Origin: Eledone cirrhosa | Taxonomy: Eukaryota | Assembly (NCBI GenBank): GCA_964016885.1 | Contig: OZ024744.1 | Location: forward strand, 88,722,001 to 88,786,000 | Reading direction: 5' to 3' | Length of the DNA stretch: 64,000 nucleotides | In this document: positions 11,968 to 24,600 of the stretch, piece after piece | Layout: each line of letters opens with the position of its first letter | Position numbering within the stretch: position 1 is the first letter of the stretch | Program-made: the position numbers and the translations under genes | Notes under the pieces: model-generated | Databases searched by the model: none | The model's input: only the letters and a program-made list of their open reading frames with translations | Told to the model about the DNA's origin: nothing

Positions 11968-14900
11968 GCTGGTGGTGCTGGACGTGACCAGCGGAGACGG
12001 GCAAGCTTTCAGGCTAGTGGCCGTCTATGCCCCGACAGGAGCAGGGCGGCCTGATTTCTTCCGGCGTCTGGAGACCTTTCTTGGAACGTCGCGCTCTTTA
12101 GTGTTAGTGGGCGACTGGAACGGGATCTTAGATGCACGCTGGGACTGTGTGGGATTAGCGGATAGGGGTGGAGGGTGCAAGAGCCTCACCAACCTGCTCA
12201 GGCGTTTTGAACTGTCTGACAGGTACCGATTGGATTTCCCGAATGTGCCAATGTGGACTTGGACAAACCGCATAGGGTCATCCAGATCATATCTAGATAG
12301 AGTATTTTGTAGGGAAATAGATAGGTCTAGCATAGGCTGTCCACAATTCAAGATAGTCAGCTACACGGACCACAAATTCGTGACCTGTGTGCTTGACTTA
12401 GATAGGCTTCATAGACGAGGACCCGGCTACTGGAAGCTAAACGCGTCCTTACCAGCGCGCAAGGCCTACAGAGACCGGATTAGCGAACTAGTTAAGCGGG
12501 CGTTGACGGGGGCCATCGTCAACAACAAGTGGTGGTTTGCTCTGAAAAGAGCGATTAGAATAGAATCGATTAGGTTTAGTAAGGCTTTAGCAATAGAGAA
12601 AAATAGAGCAGAGGGAGAACTAGTTAAAAAATTAGACGAGGCGCTTAGCAAAGGCATTGCGACCGACGTGCTTGCGGCGAAATTGGCCCTTGACCAATTC
12701 TTCAATGCAAAGCACGAAGGCTGCGTTGTCAGAGCTAGGGTGCGTGCTCTCAGACACGAGGGGACGAAAGCCGTTCAATGGGCCCGAGTGGCGGAGGCGC
12801 GTCGTGGCAACAAAGCCACGATCCGGTCTTTGGTGGACCACGACGGGCGCATGCTACTCGATCCCGGGCAAATGTGTGAAGCTTTTCAGCGACACTTCGC
12901 TCAGCTGTTCGGGGGCAGCGGGGGGCCGGGTAGAGGGATGGACTTTAGTGTCTACCTCGACGGACTGCCGCGGCTCTCGGCCACTGAGGCGAAGTGTTGC
13001 GAAAAGCCGATAACAGCCGCTGAAGTAAGGGAGGCAATGACTGGCTGCACAAGGGGTAAATCGCCTGGTTTGGATGGTCTGCCCTATGAACTTTACGTAC
13101 AGGTGCCAGACTTGTTCGGAGGCCTCTTGGCGGACGTCTACTGCAACTGGCAACAGAACGGGAGAATTCCCAGTTCTGTGAGCCGAGGAGCGGTGGCACT
13201 GCTGAGAAAGGATCCGAACAAGGGGGATAACATAGACAATTTCCGGCCCATAACTCTGCTAAACACAGAGTTTAAGATTTTGGCCAAGGTGCTAGCAAAG
13301 AGGTTGGCGCTTGTCGTTGGTGGTCTGGTGGGAGAGGCGCAGACATGCGCCATTCCCGACAGATCCATCCACGACAACCTCCACCTCATGCGATACATCG
13401 TAGAGAGGGTAGCTAGGGAACCTGGCACGGGTGGGTCCTTGATCAATTTAGATCAGTCGAAAGCTTTCGATAGGGTCGACCATCGTTACCTAGCGGCAGT
13501 CCTGAGGGCGGCTGGCTTTGGGCCCGTCTTCAGAGGCTGGATCGCTGCCATGCACAGCGACATCTGCTCTGTGGTGAGAGTGAACGGTCACCTGTCGGAA
13601 CCGTTCAACATCATGCGCTCGGTCCGCCAAGGATGTCCCCTCTCGTCCCTCTTGTACGTATTGACTCTCGAGCCATTACTGCACAAACTGGAGACGTTGA
13701 GGGGAGTCCCGCGCGAACTAGGATGCGGAAGATCAGTGTCAGCATATGCGGACGATGTCACCGTAGTGGTGTCGAGCGCCAAACACATCGAGGCGATCGG
13801 CACTACACTAAGAGAATACGAAGCGGTGACAGGAGCAATGATCAACCAGGAAAAGTCAGTGGGCCTGCAGCTCGGCACCTGGAGAGGCAGGTCCATGCCG
13901 TCCAACAGCGTCGTCGGACGCTGGACGGACGGACCGGTTAAATTGCTAGGGGTCTGGTTCGGTCCGGACCTCCAGACGGACAAAAACTGGGACGAGGTGA
14001 CGAGCAGGGTGGCTTCTCTCACCCAGAAATGGGCGGAGAGGAAGCTATCCCTGAAAGGTCGAGCGGAGGTGGCTAACGCGTACATCGCGTCCGTCATCTG
14101 CTACCGTCTGACCGTCGTACCTTGTCCTAAGCCTCGCCTGACTGCGCTGGAGCGTTTGCTCTTTCGCTTTTTGTGGAAGGGACGCGCTCCGATGGTCAGG
14201 CGGTCCATCTGTTGTCAACACCCGCTACGTGGAGGGCTGGGCATGCCGTGGCTGATGATGCGCAGGCACGCGCTCAGGCTACGACATCTCCACCTCTTCC
14301 TCGACGGTGATCAGGTGTGGTCGCCGTTTGCTAGGCGCGTGTTTCCCCAGCCCGTTTCCTTGACGGAGCTGCAGTCCTGGGTCAAGCGAAGACCGAGAGG
14401 GAGCGCCTGGAGACTGGAATGTCTTCAGGCGCTCACAGCCCTCGACCAATCGGGCAATGTGATCGGTGGAAACTCCACCTCGGCGTTCTATAGAGGATTA
14501 GTGGAGGGGAAGAGCGATGACGTACTTGGGGAAACTCTAGGCGTCGACGAAAATCAACTAGCCAATCTCTTCGGAAGAACTTTCGGGCCAGGGCCTATGG
14601 ACAACTTCCAGAAATCTCTGGCCTGGCAGTGCTACCGAGGAGCCTTGCCAGTTCGGGATAAACTCTACAGGCATGGAGGTGCCGTCAGCCGGGCATGTCC
14701 GAGATGCGCGCAGGGCGACGAAACCGTCCTGCACGCACTCGTCCAGTGTCCGAAAATTGCTGACTTGTGGGTTTATGTCGAACACCTGCTGTCGCGTTTA
14801 GGACGGATCCGGCTATCATCTGAGTCCATCGTGAGGATTGCCCCGCCCTCCTCCTTTAGCCGGGAAGGGCAGGAAGTTTTTATCTGTCTGGTGGCCATGG

Positions 14901-15112
14901 CGAAAGAGATAGTATGGTGGACACGTTTGAAAGGGCTGAAGACGAGCACTTACCTCTTCGGTGATGCTCTGATTGACTTTTTCAAATTTCATTTGAAAAG
15001 GAAAATCAGAGTAGAGAAGGAAGTGCTCTCTTCCCAGCATTTTGTTGAAAGATGGGTGAGAGAAGCAAGAATGGCCCGAGTGAATGGGCCGACTCTGAGT
15101 ATATATCTGTAA
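11693..15112 (+). CDS. Tx1 ORF2: APE endonuclease + reverse transcriptase + C-terminal zinc finger, 1139 aa
   Basis: SINARG, ISET, GDWN, YLDR, TDH; SPGLDG, FRPITLLN, LDQSKAFDRV, QGCPLS, YADD; CPRC..ETVLHALVQC. Confidence 0.97.
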   Translation: MTSLRIGSINARGLGSSWKQGHLLNDLRSLNIDVVAISETRISEARAFAPIFGGYDVYASPSRPGSGGGVAVLFRRGLDLAIRAIFLDPEGKLVVLDVTSGDGQAFRLVAVYAPTGAGRPDFFRRLETFLGTSRSLVLVGDWNGILDARWDCVGLADRGGGCKSLTNLLRRFELSDRYRLDFPNVPMWTWTNRIGSSRSYLDRVFCREIDRSSIGCPQFKIVSYTDHKFVTCVLDLDRLHRRGPGYWKLNASLPARKAYRDRISELVKRALTGAIVNNKWWFALKRAIRIESIRFSKALAIEKNRAEGELVKKLDEALSKGIATDVLAAKLALDQFFNAKHEGCVVRARVRALRHEGTKAVQWARVAEARRGNKATIRSLVDHDGRMLLDPGQMCEAFQRHFAQLFGGSGGPGRGMDFSVYLDGLPRLSATEAKCCEKPITAAEVREAMTGCTRGKSPGLDGLPYELYVQVPDLFGGLLADVYCNWQQNGRIPSSVSRGAVALLRKDPNKGDNIDNFRPITLLNTEFKILAKVLAKRLALVVGGLVGEAQTCAIPDRSIHDNLHLMRYIVERVAREPGTGGSLINLDQSKAFDRVDHRYLAAVLRAAGFGPVFRGWIAAMHSDICSVVRVNGHLSEPFNIMRSVRQGCPLSSLLYVLTLEPLLHKLETLRGVPRELGCGRSVSAYADDVTVVVSSAKHIEAIGTTLREYEAVTGAMINQEKSVGLQLGTWRGRSMPSNSVVGRWTDGPVKLLGVWFGPDLQTDKNWDEVTSRVASLTQKWAERKLSLKGRAEVANAYIASVICYRLTVVPCPKPRLTALERLLFRFLWKGRAPMVRRSICCQHPLRGGLGMPWLMMRRHALRLRHLHLFLDGDQVWSPFARRVFPQPVSLTELQSWVKRRPRGSAWRLECLQALTALDQSGNVIGGNSTSAFYRGLVEGKSDDVLGETLGVDENQLANLFGRTFGPGPMDNFQKSLAWQCYRGALPVRDKLYRHGGAVSRACPRCAQGDETVLHALVQCPKIADLWVYVEHLLSRLGRIRLSSESIVRIAPPSSFSREGQEVFICLVAMAKEIVWWTRLKGLKTSTYLFGDALIDFFKFHLKRKIRVEKEVLSSQHFVERWVREARMARVNGPTLSIYL

Positions 15113-15426
15113 ACTAAAGGTGGAAAACTGGGAGAGGGCACTTGCCTTGGTGGTCAGGGTCATTGTGGCTTTTTACTGGGCTTTCTCCACAAATGTCCCT
15201 CCGAAGTCTCCCCCCTATTGGGGAATTTTTCATTGTTATTTTCATTGTTATTTTTGTTACATCCTCTGTTTTTGTTTTTTTACACGCAGAAATGCCCATT
15301 TGTACCGTCCTGCATTGTCCTGCACTGTCCTTAATGTCTACTTTATGTAAACCCTTGTGGTTAATAAAGAAATCATTATTATTATTATTATCATTATTAT
15401 TATTATTATTATTACTATTATTATTA

Positions 15427-15826
15427 GGGCGGTGGATTGGCAGTATCGGTAGAGGGTCGGACGCCATGCTTTCCAGCATAGTTACGTCCCTTTATGATCT
15501 GAGTTCAAATCCCGCCGAGGTTGACTTTGCCTTTCATCCTTACGGGGTCGATAAAATAAAGTACCAGTAATGCACTGGGTAATTGCTGGCCTTGTGCTTA
15601 AAGTAGAAACAATTATAAAGGGCGGTGGATTGGCAGTATCGGTAGAGGGTCGGACGCCATGCTTTCCAGCATAGTTACGTCCCTTTACGATCTGAGTTCA
15701 AATCCCGCCGAGGTTGACTTTGCCTTTCATCCTTACGGGGTCGATAAAATAAAGTACCAATAATGCACTGGGTAATTGCTGGTCTTGTGCCTAAAGTAGA
15801 AACAATTATTATTATTATTATTATTG
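15427..15826 (+). mobile_element. Two near-identical tandem SINE family 1 copies (15427-15616, 15619-15826)
   Basis: gggcggtggattggcagtatcgg...gagttcaaatcccgcc...aaagtagaaacaatt; inserted in the Tx1 (ATT)n tail. Confidence 0.9.
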
Positions 15827-15827
15827 T

Positions 15828-18800
15828 TCTTTGAATCTCAGTCATTGATGTTTTTTAACTGGAAGGTTTGTTGAAATGGACTAATTTTCTTTAACCATCC
15901 TTGGAAACTCTTTGATATAGTACCTAGTGCGCCTATGACAATGGGACGATCTTGATGTCATGGCAATTCCAAATCCTTTTTAACTCCCACTTTAAGTCCT
16001 GGTATCTTCTCCTTTTCTTGCACTCTCGTGTCGAATAGGCAGGCTACATCTACAATCAGGCACGATATTTTTTCCTTGTTCAAAACCACCAGGTCAGGCC
16101 TATTGTGTTCCAGTTTCTTGTCCGTCTGTATCCTAAAATCCCACAGCACCTTCACCTGATCGTTTTCTATCACCGACTCTGGCTTATGCTCATACCACTT
16201 CTCAGAATGTGGTAAGTTGTTTACTTTGCATAGGTGCCAGTGGATCACCCTGCCCATCACATCATGTCTCCAGATTTTATAGTGAGTCTGGGCTAGGTGT
16301 TTACACTCGGATACAATGTGAGCCACAGTCTTCTCTCTCTCTCTCCACAGATCCTACACAGTGAACTAGTCTCCTCCTTGTAAATATGGTGTTTCACCCA
16401 CTTCGTTCTGAGGGACTGCCCTTGCGCAGCCATTAGCATTCCTTCTGTAGCCTTTTAAAGGTCTCCTCTTTTTAACCAGTTCCATGTCTATGGATATCTA
16501 AATTCCGTTTTCTTAAAGAAGGTGCTATGAAGGGATTTTTAATGAAGGTTGCTCTTCCTCTTTGTTGTTATTTCCTCCTTGGACATCCCCTGGTCTATTG
16601 TCCTCTCCTTCAGTTCAATTTGAGCATTGGCTCCCTACTGTCAGCCACATATTTGTGAAGGTTGTTTTTCTCCATCTGAACACAGTCCTCTATGCTGATA
16701 AGACCTCTTCCACCTTCAGATCTCCTTAAGTAGAGTCTACCGACATCACTCCTCTTGTGGAACATGTTGTAGATAGTCAATAGCTTCCTAGTCTTCCTAT
16801 CCATTTCTTTTTGTTCGGCAACATTCCATTTCCGAATTCCCGCACTCTACCTAATAATAGACACAGCTCGGGAATTTACTGCACTTATGGCATTCCTACT
16901 ATTTAGATGTGATTTTAATATGTTCCTTACTCTCCTTATGTATTCAAATCTTATCAATTCCTTCATTTTTTTGTTCTTGATGTCATCTGCCTCCAGAACA
17001 CCTAAATATTTGTATCCCTCTTCAGTGCCATTTTCCTTTATCATCTCACCTGTTGGTACCTGGATTCCGTTGCTTCTGCTCAATTTAACCCTCTTCATCA
17101 CTAGGACTCCAAACTTATTAACACCAAATTCCATACATTGCTGAAAATACGGACAGTGTCAACAAGTACATCCAACTCCTTCTCACTCTTCCCAAAGAGT
17201 TTAAGATCGTCCATGAAGAGAAGGTGGTTGATGGTAAGCTCTCCTCTTCCCAACTTGTATCCTGCTCTCATTTTTCGCCACATGAAGGACAGGGGTATCA
17301 CGGCAAGGACAAACAACAAAGGAGACAAACTATCTCCCTGGAAGATACCTCTCTTGATCTTCACGCCTCCCAAGGATTCTCCACCTTATGTTTCCCAGGA
17401 CTTCATACTTTTGCTTAATAGCTCTCTGATATTATCTGCCACCTTGAAGATCTCTAGACTTTTGGTTATCCAAGAATGAGGTACCATGTCGAATGCCTTT
17501 TTGTCTTCTTCCTCCCAAACCACCAGTATTTGGATGTCAGCCAGGTCTTTGCTGCTGGGCCAGGGAGCACTTGCTGGGTGAGAGTCTTTCACATGACGTT
17601 CCAGTCTCCTTTTCACCGTTATTCGAACTTAGGTAGAGTCTATGGACATCACTCCCCTTGTGGAACATGTTGTAGATAGTCAATAGCTTCCTAGTCTTCC
17701 TATCCATTTCTTTTTGTTCAGCAACAATCCATCTCAGAATTCCCGCACTGTACCTAATAATAGACACAGCTCGGGAATTTACTGCACTTATGGCATTCCT
17801 ACTATTTAGATGTAATTTTAATACGCTCCTTATTCTCCGAATGTATTCGGATCTTATCAATTCCTTCATTTTTTTGTTCTTGATGTTATCAGCCTCCAGA
17901 ACACCTAAATATTTGTATCCTTCTTCAGTGTCAATTTCCTTTATCATCTCACCTGTTGTTACCTGGATTCCGTTGCTTTTGCTCAATTTACACCTCTTCA
18001 TCACGAGGACTCCACACTTACTAATACCAAATTGCAAACATATATCATTGCTGAAAATACGGACAGTGTCAACAAGTACATCCAACTTCTTTTCACTCTT
18101 CCCAAAGAGTTTAAGATCGTCCATGAAGAGGAGGTGGTTGATGGTAAGCTCTCCTCTTCCCAACTTGTATCCTGCTCTCACTTTTCGCAGTATAATGGTC
18201 AGGGGCATCAGGGCAAGGACAAACAACAGAGGGGACAGACTATCTTCCTGGAAGATACCTCTCTTGATCTTCACGCCTCCCAAGGATTCTCCAGCCGATG
18301 TTAACTCTGTTTTCCAGGACTTCATACTTTTGCTCAACATCTGTCTGATGTTATCTGCCACCTTGAAGATCTCTAGGCTTTTGGTGATCCAAGAATGAGG
18401 CACCATGTCAAATGCCTTTTTGTAGTCTATCCATCCCATGGCAAGACCAGTGTGTCTCCTCTTGCAATTCCTCATTACCATCTTATCAATAAGTAACCGG
18501 TCCTTTGTACCACGGGACTTCTTTCGGCATCCTTTCTGTTCGTACGGTAACAAGTTGGTTGTGTGGAGGTGATGGTAGATATCCTCAGACACAATGCTTG
18601 TCAACAGTTTCCACATTACGGACAGACATGTGATAGGTTTATCCTCAATGGCCGTATCTTTGTTCCAGGTATTATTTATTTCAGCATTCAGATCATTGTC
18701 TGCTTCGGATGGTTCCCCCGTTCTCTCAACCTCTTCACCTTCATTTCCCACTGGCTCGTTTGCCTGGCATACTCCACTCTCCATTTCCAACCTAATCTCT

Positions 18801-19230
18801 CTGCTCAGTTCCTCCAGTTCCAGCTCGCTTATCCACCCAATAGTTCTTATTACCCGAGCCTGCCCGGCCAATGTTTGTTCATCTAATTTAAATAGACCAA
18901 TCTCGTTCCAGATGTTATACATCCGTTTCCTATAGCCTTTTTCCTTGGGGTTACTCTTCAGGTAACATTGCATAACAGTTCTATTCAATTCTTTCGTCCA
19001 GTTGGTTCTGGTCCCTTTTCTTCTTCCTCTTCCTCAAACACCAGCAGTATTTGGATGACAGCCAGGTCCCTGCTGCTAGGCCAGGGAGCACCTGTTGGGT
19101 GAGAATCTGTCACATGACATTCCAGTCTCCACTTCACCGTTATTCGAACTGTTTAGGTTCGACATTTAAGCACTCATATCGAGGATTGGTGAATGTATGG
19201 TTACAAAACTACCTGTGATTTCATCACCCC
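15828..19230 (-). mobile_element. Rearranged, decayed R4/Dong-like RLE LINE with duplicated RT
   Basis: WIDYKKAFDMVPH, IFQ(G/E)DSLSP, HLLFMDDLKL each present twice; RHD and HNRPDLVV endonuclease at 15958-16326; N-terminus MQCYLKSNP..GYRKRM. Confidence 0.9.
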
Positions 19231-19690
19231 CGGTGATTTTAGCGTGGCACCATCACGCTGTAGACGAACATAAATAAACAAACAAACAAATAGATAAAAA
19301 CCTAAAAAAACAAAAATAACAAAAACAAACACACGTTTCATTGTAATGTTTGAATGTCTGACTTAGTTTTTCTTTCCTTTTTTTTCCCCTTTCTGTTTGT
19401 TTTTCTCCTTTGCGTTTTTCGTTTTACAAGGCCAGTAACATCGGTTACTAGTGTTGTTGTTGTTGCTGCTACTAAAGGAAGTAGGGGTTGTTGTGTTCAA
19501 AAATTTCGAAACCCGCGTCCGTTGTTGCGTTTGCTTCTGTCTGTGTTCTGTTCTATAATTTTTCGACTATAATTTTTTCTATAATTTTTTTCCCTTTCAT
19601 CGCTACGTGGCCGACACCACAAAGCACCTGCAACACACCGGGACAATTGCTGGCCCCGAGCCAAAAGCAGAAGTTTAGATTTTAAAGTTT

Positions 19691-20483
19691 AGATTTGACA
19701 TCGTTTAAACTAAACATTTTGAGAGAGTTTAGAGATATAACAACATAATTATTTTGGTGTTGTTGTTGTTGTTGTTGTTAGCTGTTTGACAGAGTCACTA
19801 ATCCAGTCTATTTATATCTTTTGATACCTTCCTCGCTTCTTTTCATGTGTAGCGGCACCACCACCCCTCTCTTAAGTAGTAAGGGAATAGTGGCGGTAGC
19901 GATGATACAGTGGCGCCGGTGGCGATGGGGCAGCAGAACTATAGGGATGGTGCCGGTCTGTATTTGGCAATATTATTTGTGGTAGAGGTGATGGTGATGG
20001 TGGCGGCGGCGGCGGCGGTGGTGCTGGCGGTGAGGTTATTTGGTTGTTGTTTTCTAGCCATTTTCTTTTCTGACTATAAAAACAATTATTATTATTATAT
20101 TATAGTTTCGATTTCACATCGTTTAAACTAAACATTTTGAGAGAATTTAGAGATACAACAACATAATTATTTTGGTGTTGTTGTTGTTGTTGTTGTTAGC
20201 TGTTTGACCGAGTCAGCAACCCAGTCTATTTATATCTTTTGATACCTTCCTCGCTTCCCTTCATGTGTAGAGGCATCACCACCCTTCTCTCAAGCAGTGA
20301 GTGAACAGCGGCGGCGGTGGTGATAGGACAGCAGCGCCATAGGGATGGTGTTGGTCTTTATTTGGCTAGATTGTTTGTGGTAGTGGTGTTGGTGATGGTG
20401 GCGGCGGCGGTGGTGGTGGTGGTGGTGCTGATGGTGAAGTTATTTGGCTGTTATTTTCTAGCCATTTACTTTTCTGACTATAA
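19691..20483. repeat. Diverged tandem duplication of ~400 bp (19691-20078, 20110-20483)
   Basis: Both units start gattt(g/c)acatcgtttaaactaaacattttgagaga and end tttctagccattt..ttttctgactata. Confidence 0.85.
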
Positions 20484-20724
20484 GATTTCTGGTACAAAAT
20501 TAAATATTAAATTAAATATTACATATTGGAGCCCTATGCCGTAATGTGATGCGCTGCCACTTCCAGAGAGTTAAGACTGATATCTTACGTTTCATTTGTA
20601 ATAAGAATTATTCTATCACAATAGTTTTAAATATGTAAAAAATCAAAAACTTACGGGAGCGATTCCATAATACCCTATCCACCATGTGCGTATCTTCCCC
20701 CCTATTATCATTATTATTATTATT

Positions 20725-21670
<946 letters not shown>

Positions 21671-24600
21671 GGCGACCTACGTAGTAAATCGTATCATCGT
21701 GAGCTCCGCAAAGGTTTGTTATTTTCAGTTGTTTAAAATTGCCATTTATGGAAAAAATTTATTGTTAACTGTATATAAGCGCACATACATCGGTTTCCGA
21801 AAAGGACACAAAAAAAGATTGGAGCCTTGTGCCCAAAATTTAAAATTTTATGATTATCAAAAAATTTCTTTTAAAAAATCATGGCTGATTCACCTCTGCA
21901 CCAAGCAGCTGAGAGCCTTCCTCACTAACTAACATCTCACACCGACGCCACCATTGTAAATATTACTACGTTTGCCAACACTAAAAATTTAAGCAGTAGC
22001 AATATTTTAAATTTGTCTCAGGCAGACATTCATTTCCCGCCATTACCAATGACTGCAGGTGTTAAAGCCTCCACCACCACCACCACCACCGCGACAACCA
22101 CCACTCGCACCATCACCGCGACAACAGAAACAAAAGAACAAAATAAATTAACTCGTGATGTCGAAATAAATTCAACCTAAATGAACTCTTCCACACCGAA
22201 CACCACTGACGCCACCACCATCACAACTGAAACTAAAATTAATAATAAGAAAAATAACGATAACAACAACAGCAACAATGACATTAAGAAAACCACCCTG
22301 AGTTTTGCCAGAGTAGCAAAACAGTGCGAAGCATTTCAGGTAACTCAGGAGGAATTAGAAGATGCCAAAAAAATGGTAAAGAAAGATGGGTACAGGGTCA
22401 GCCCCCCCCCCCCCCTCCACCTAATAAAATGGAGCATCGTCGCCTATGCACCGTGTCTTATTGCACAATTAATGTAAAATCGCGCCGAGTGGAACGGGCA
22501 TCCGAGTCCCAAATCCAAAAAGCTTTGGGACATGAGTGGGCAAGAAAAACCCACATCAGACGTAGGCAGAAGTATGGAACCGTGGACGTGTTCTTTGAAA
22601 CACCACAGGAGGCTAGAGAACACTCCATGGCCCCATTAAGAAGTGACGACTTCACACTCGTCCCAAGCTATTGTGGCCAGAGACTCGTAAAGATCAGGGT
22701 GACCCACGTCCCACCGGCCATCGAAATTCCCTGGCTAATAGCAGCTGTCCTCGCCGGCATCGAAGCCAACACCAAGATAATAGCAATAGCGAAAGAAAAG
22801 CAGGAGAACTGGTCCGGATCTGGGATTTAGCTCCTGATGCAAGCGGACCAAAAAAGCATTGAGGAGATACCAGAGGTAATAGACCTCACTGACGGCAGCC
22901 ACCTCACCGTAATTGTCGAGGGCAGAAGACCTAGGTGTGTCGTTTGTGGTGAAGGAACCCACCTAAGGGCTTTCTGCCCTCAGGCTAAAAGGTTGAGGTC
23001 ACATCTCCTACCCACCCCAGTGACTCAACCATCAACACCACCAGCAGCAGTAATGGCAGCAACAACTGTAGCAGCAACAACAGAAGCAACAATAACAGCA
23101 ACAACGCAGCAACAGTAGGAAAACCAATACCACCACCACCCAACGCTTCAGAACTAACGCCAGCGCCTACACCATCCACCACGCCACAACCAAAACTAAC
23201 GCCAGTGGAGGATTTTCCACTCCCCGGCCTATCACAACTGGAGACAGATAGTGACGACGAGGAGTGGGAAACGGTATCAGGAAAAAAGAAAAAAAGAAAC
23301 CAAAAAAGAAAAAATTCTCTTCCTTCCCCCTCCAAAAACAAAATACAGAGGGAAACAAATAAACTATGAAACAAAAAAGTTAGGACAGACATGCCACCAT
23401 CCACACCAGCATCACCAACCGCATCACCCCAAACAGCAACACCATCACCATCATTAACCCCAACACCACCATCACCTACACCACAAAAGTCACCAAAATG
23501 CGAAACAGAAACAAATCCACAACAAACGCAAACAAAACAAAACAACCAAAACGATACACACTACACAGCATTAAATTTGAAGAACAACCAATTATTACAC
23601 TACATGCAACACAACACCAGCATCACAGAAAAAGACTACACAACAACCCAAAAATTCACACCACCTCCACACATACAAATCACTCGCATCACACAGAAAA
23701 CGTACATGACAATAAAACAAAAACTCCCCAAAGACATCGGAGACTTCCGACAAGCACTCTCCGGAAAGATTTATAAGGACATCCTTCCTGAGGAGGCCAG
23801 AAGCAGTGAAAAGGGTGGAGAAACCGTCCTTCCTCTACGAGAAGTAAGGTAAGTGGTCTTTCCAAATCTTTCCACTCCATTTCAACATGACCTCACTCAG
23901 AATAGGCAGCATAAATGCGCGTGGCTTGGGGTCGTCATGGAAGCAGAGCCACCTGCTCAACGACCTCAGGTCACTAAACATAGATGTAGTGGCCATCAGC
24001 GAGACCAGAATCTCCGAAGCACAGGCCTTCGCACCGATCTTCGGCGGCTACGATGTGCACGCATCTCCCAGCCGTCCGAGATCGGGAGGAGGAGTTGTGC
24101 TTTTTCGGAGAGTTTTGGATTTCGCCATACGGCCATCTTCCTGGACCCAGATGGTAAGTTGGTGGTGCTAGACGTGACCAGCGGAGACGAGCAAGCTTTC
24201 AGGCTAGTGGCCGTCTATGCCCCGACAGGAGCAGAGCGGCCTGATTTCTTCCGGCGTCTGGAGACCTTTCTTGGAACGTCCCGCTCTTTAGTGTTAGCGG
24301 GCGACTGGAACGGGATCTTACATGCACACTGGGACTGTGTGGGATTAGGGGATAGGGGAGGAGGGTGGAAGAGCCTCACCAACCTGCTCAGGCGTTTTGA
24401 ACTGTCTGACAGGTACCGATTGGATTTCCCGAATGTGCCAATGTGGACTTGGACAAATCGCATAGGGTCATCCAGATCATATCTAGTTAGAGTATTTTGT
24501 AGCGAAATAGATAGGTCTAGCATAGGCTGTCCACAATTCAAGAAAATCAGCTACACGGACTACAAATTCGTGATCTGTGTGCTTGACTTGGATAGGCTTC

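Larger units (their letters stand above)
9337..15425 (+). mobile_element. Full-length Tx1-like (L1 group) LINE, copy 1, in (ATT)n
   Basis: Starts gaatgccatgg after (ATT)n, same start as 27993; two ORFs; aataaa then (ATT)n tail. Confidence 0.92.

Noticed and set aside
9655-14785. Antisense and alternate-frame ORFs within Tx1 copies (e.g. 13588-14097)
   Set aside because: Shadow ORFs of GC-richer coding sequence; shared only because the copies are near-identical
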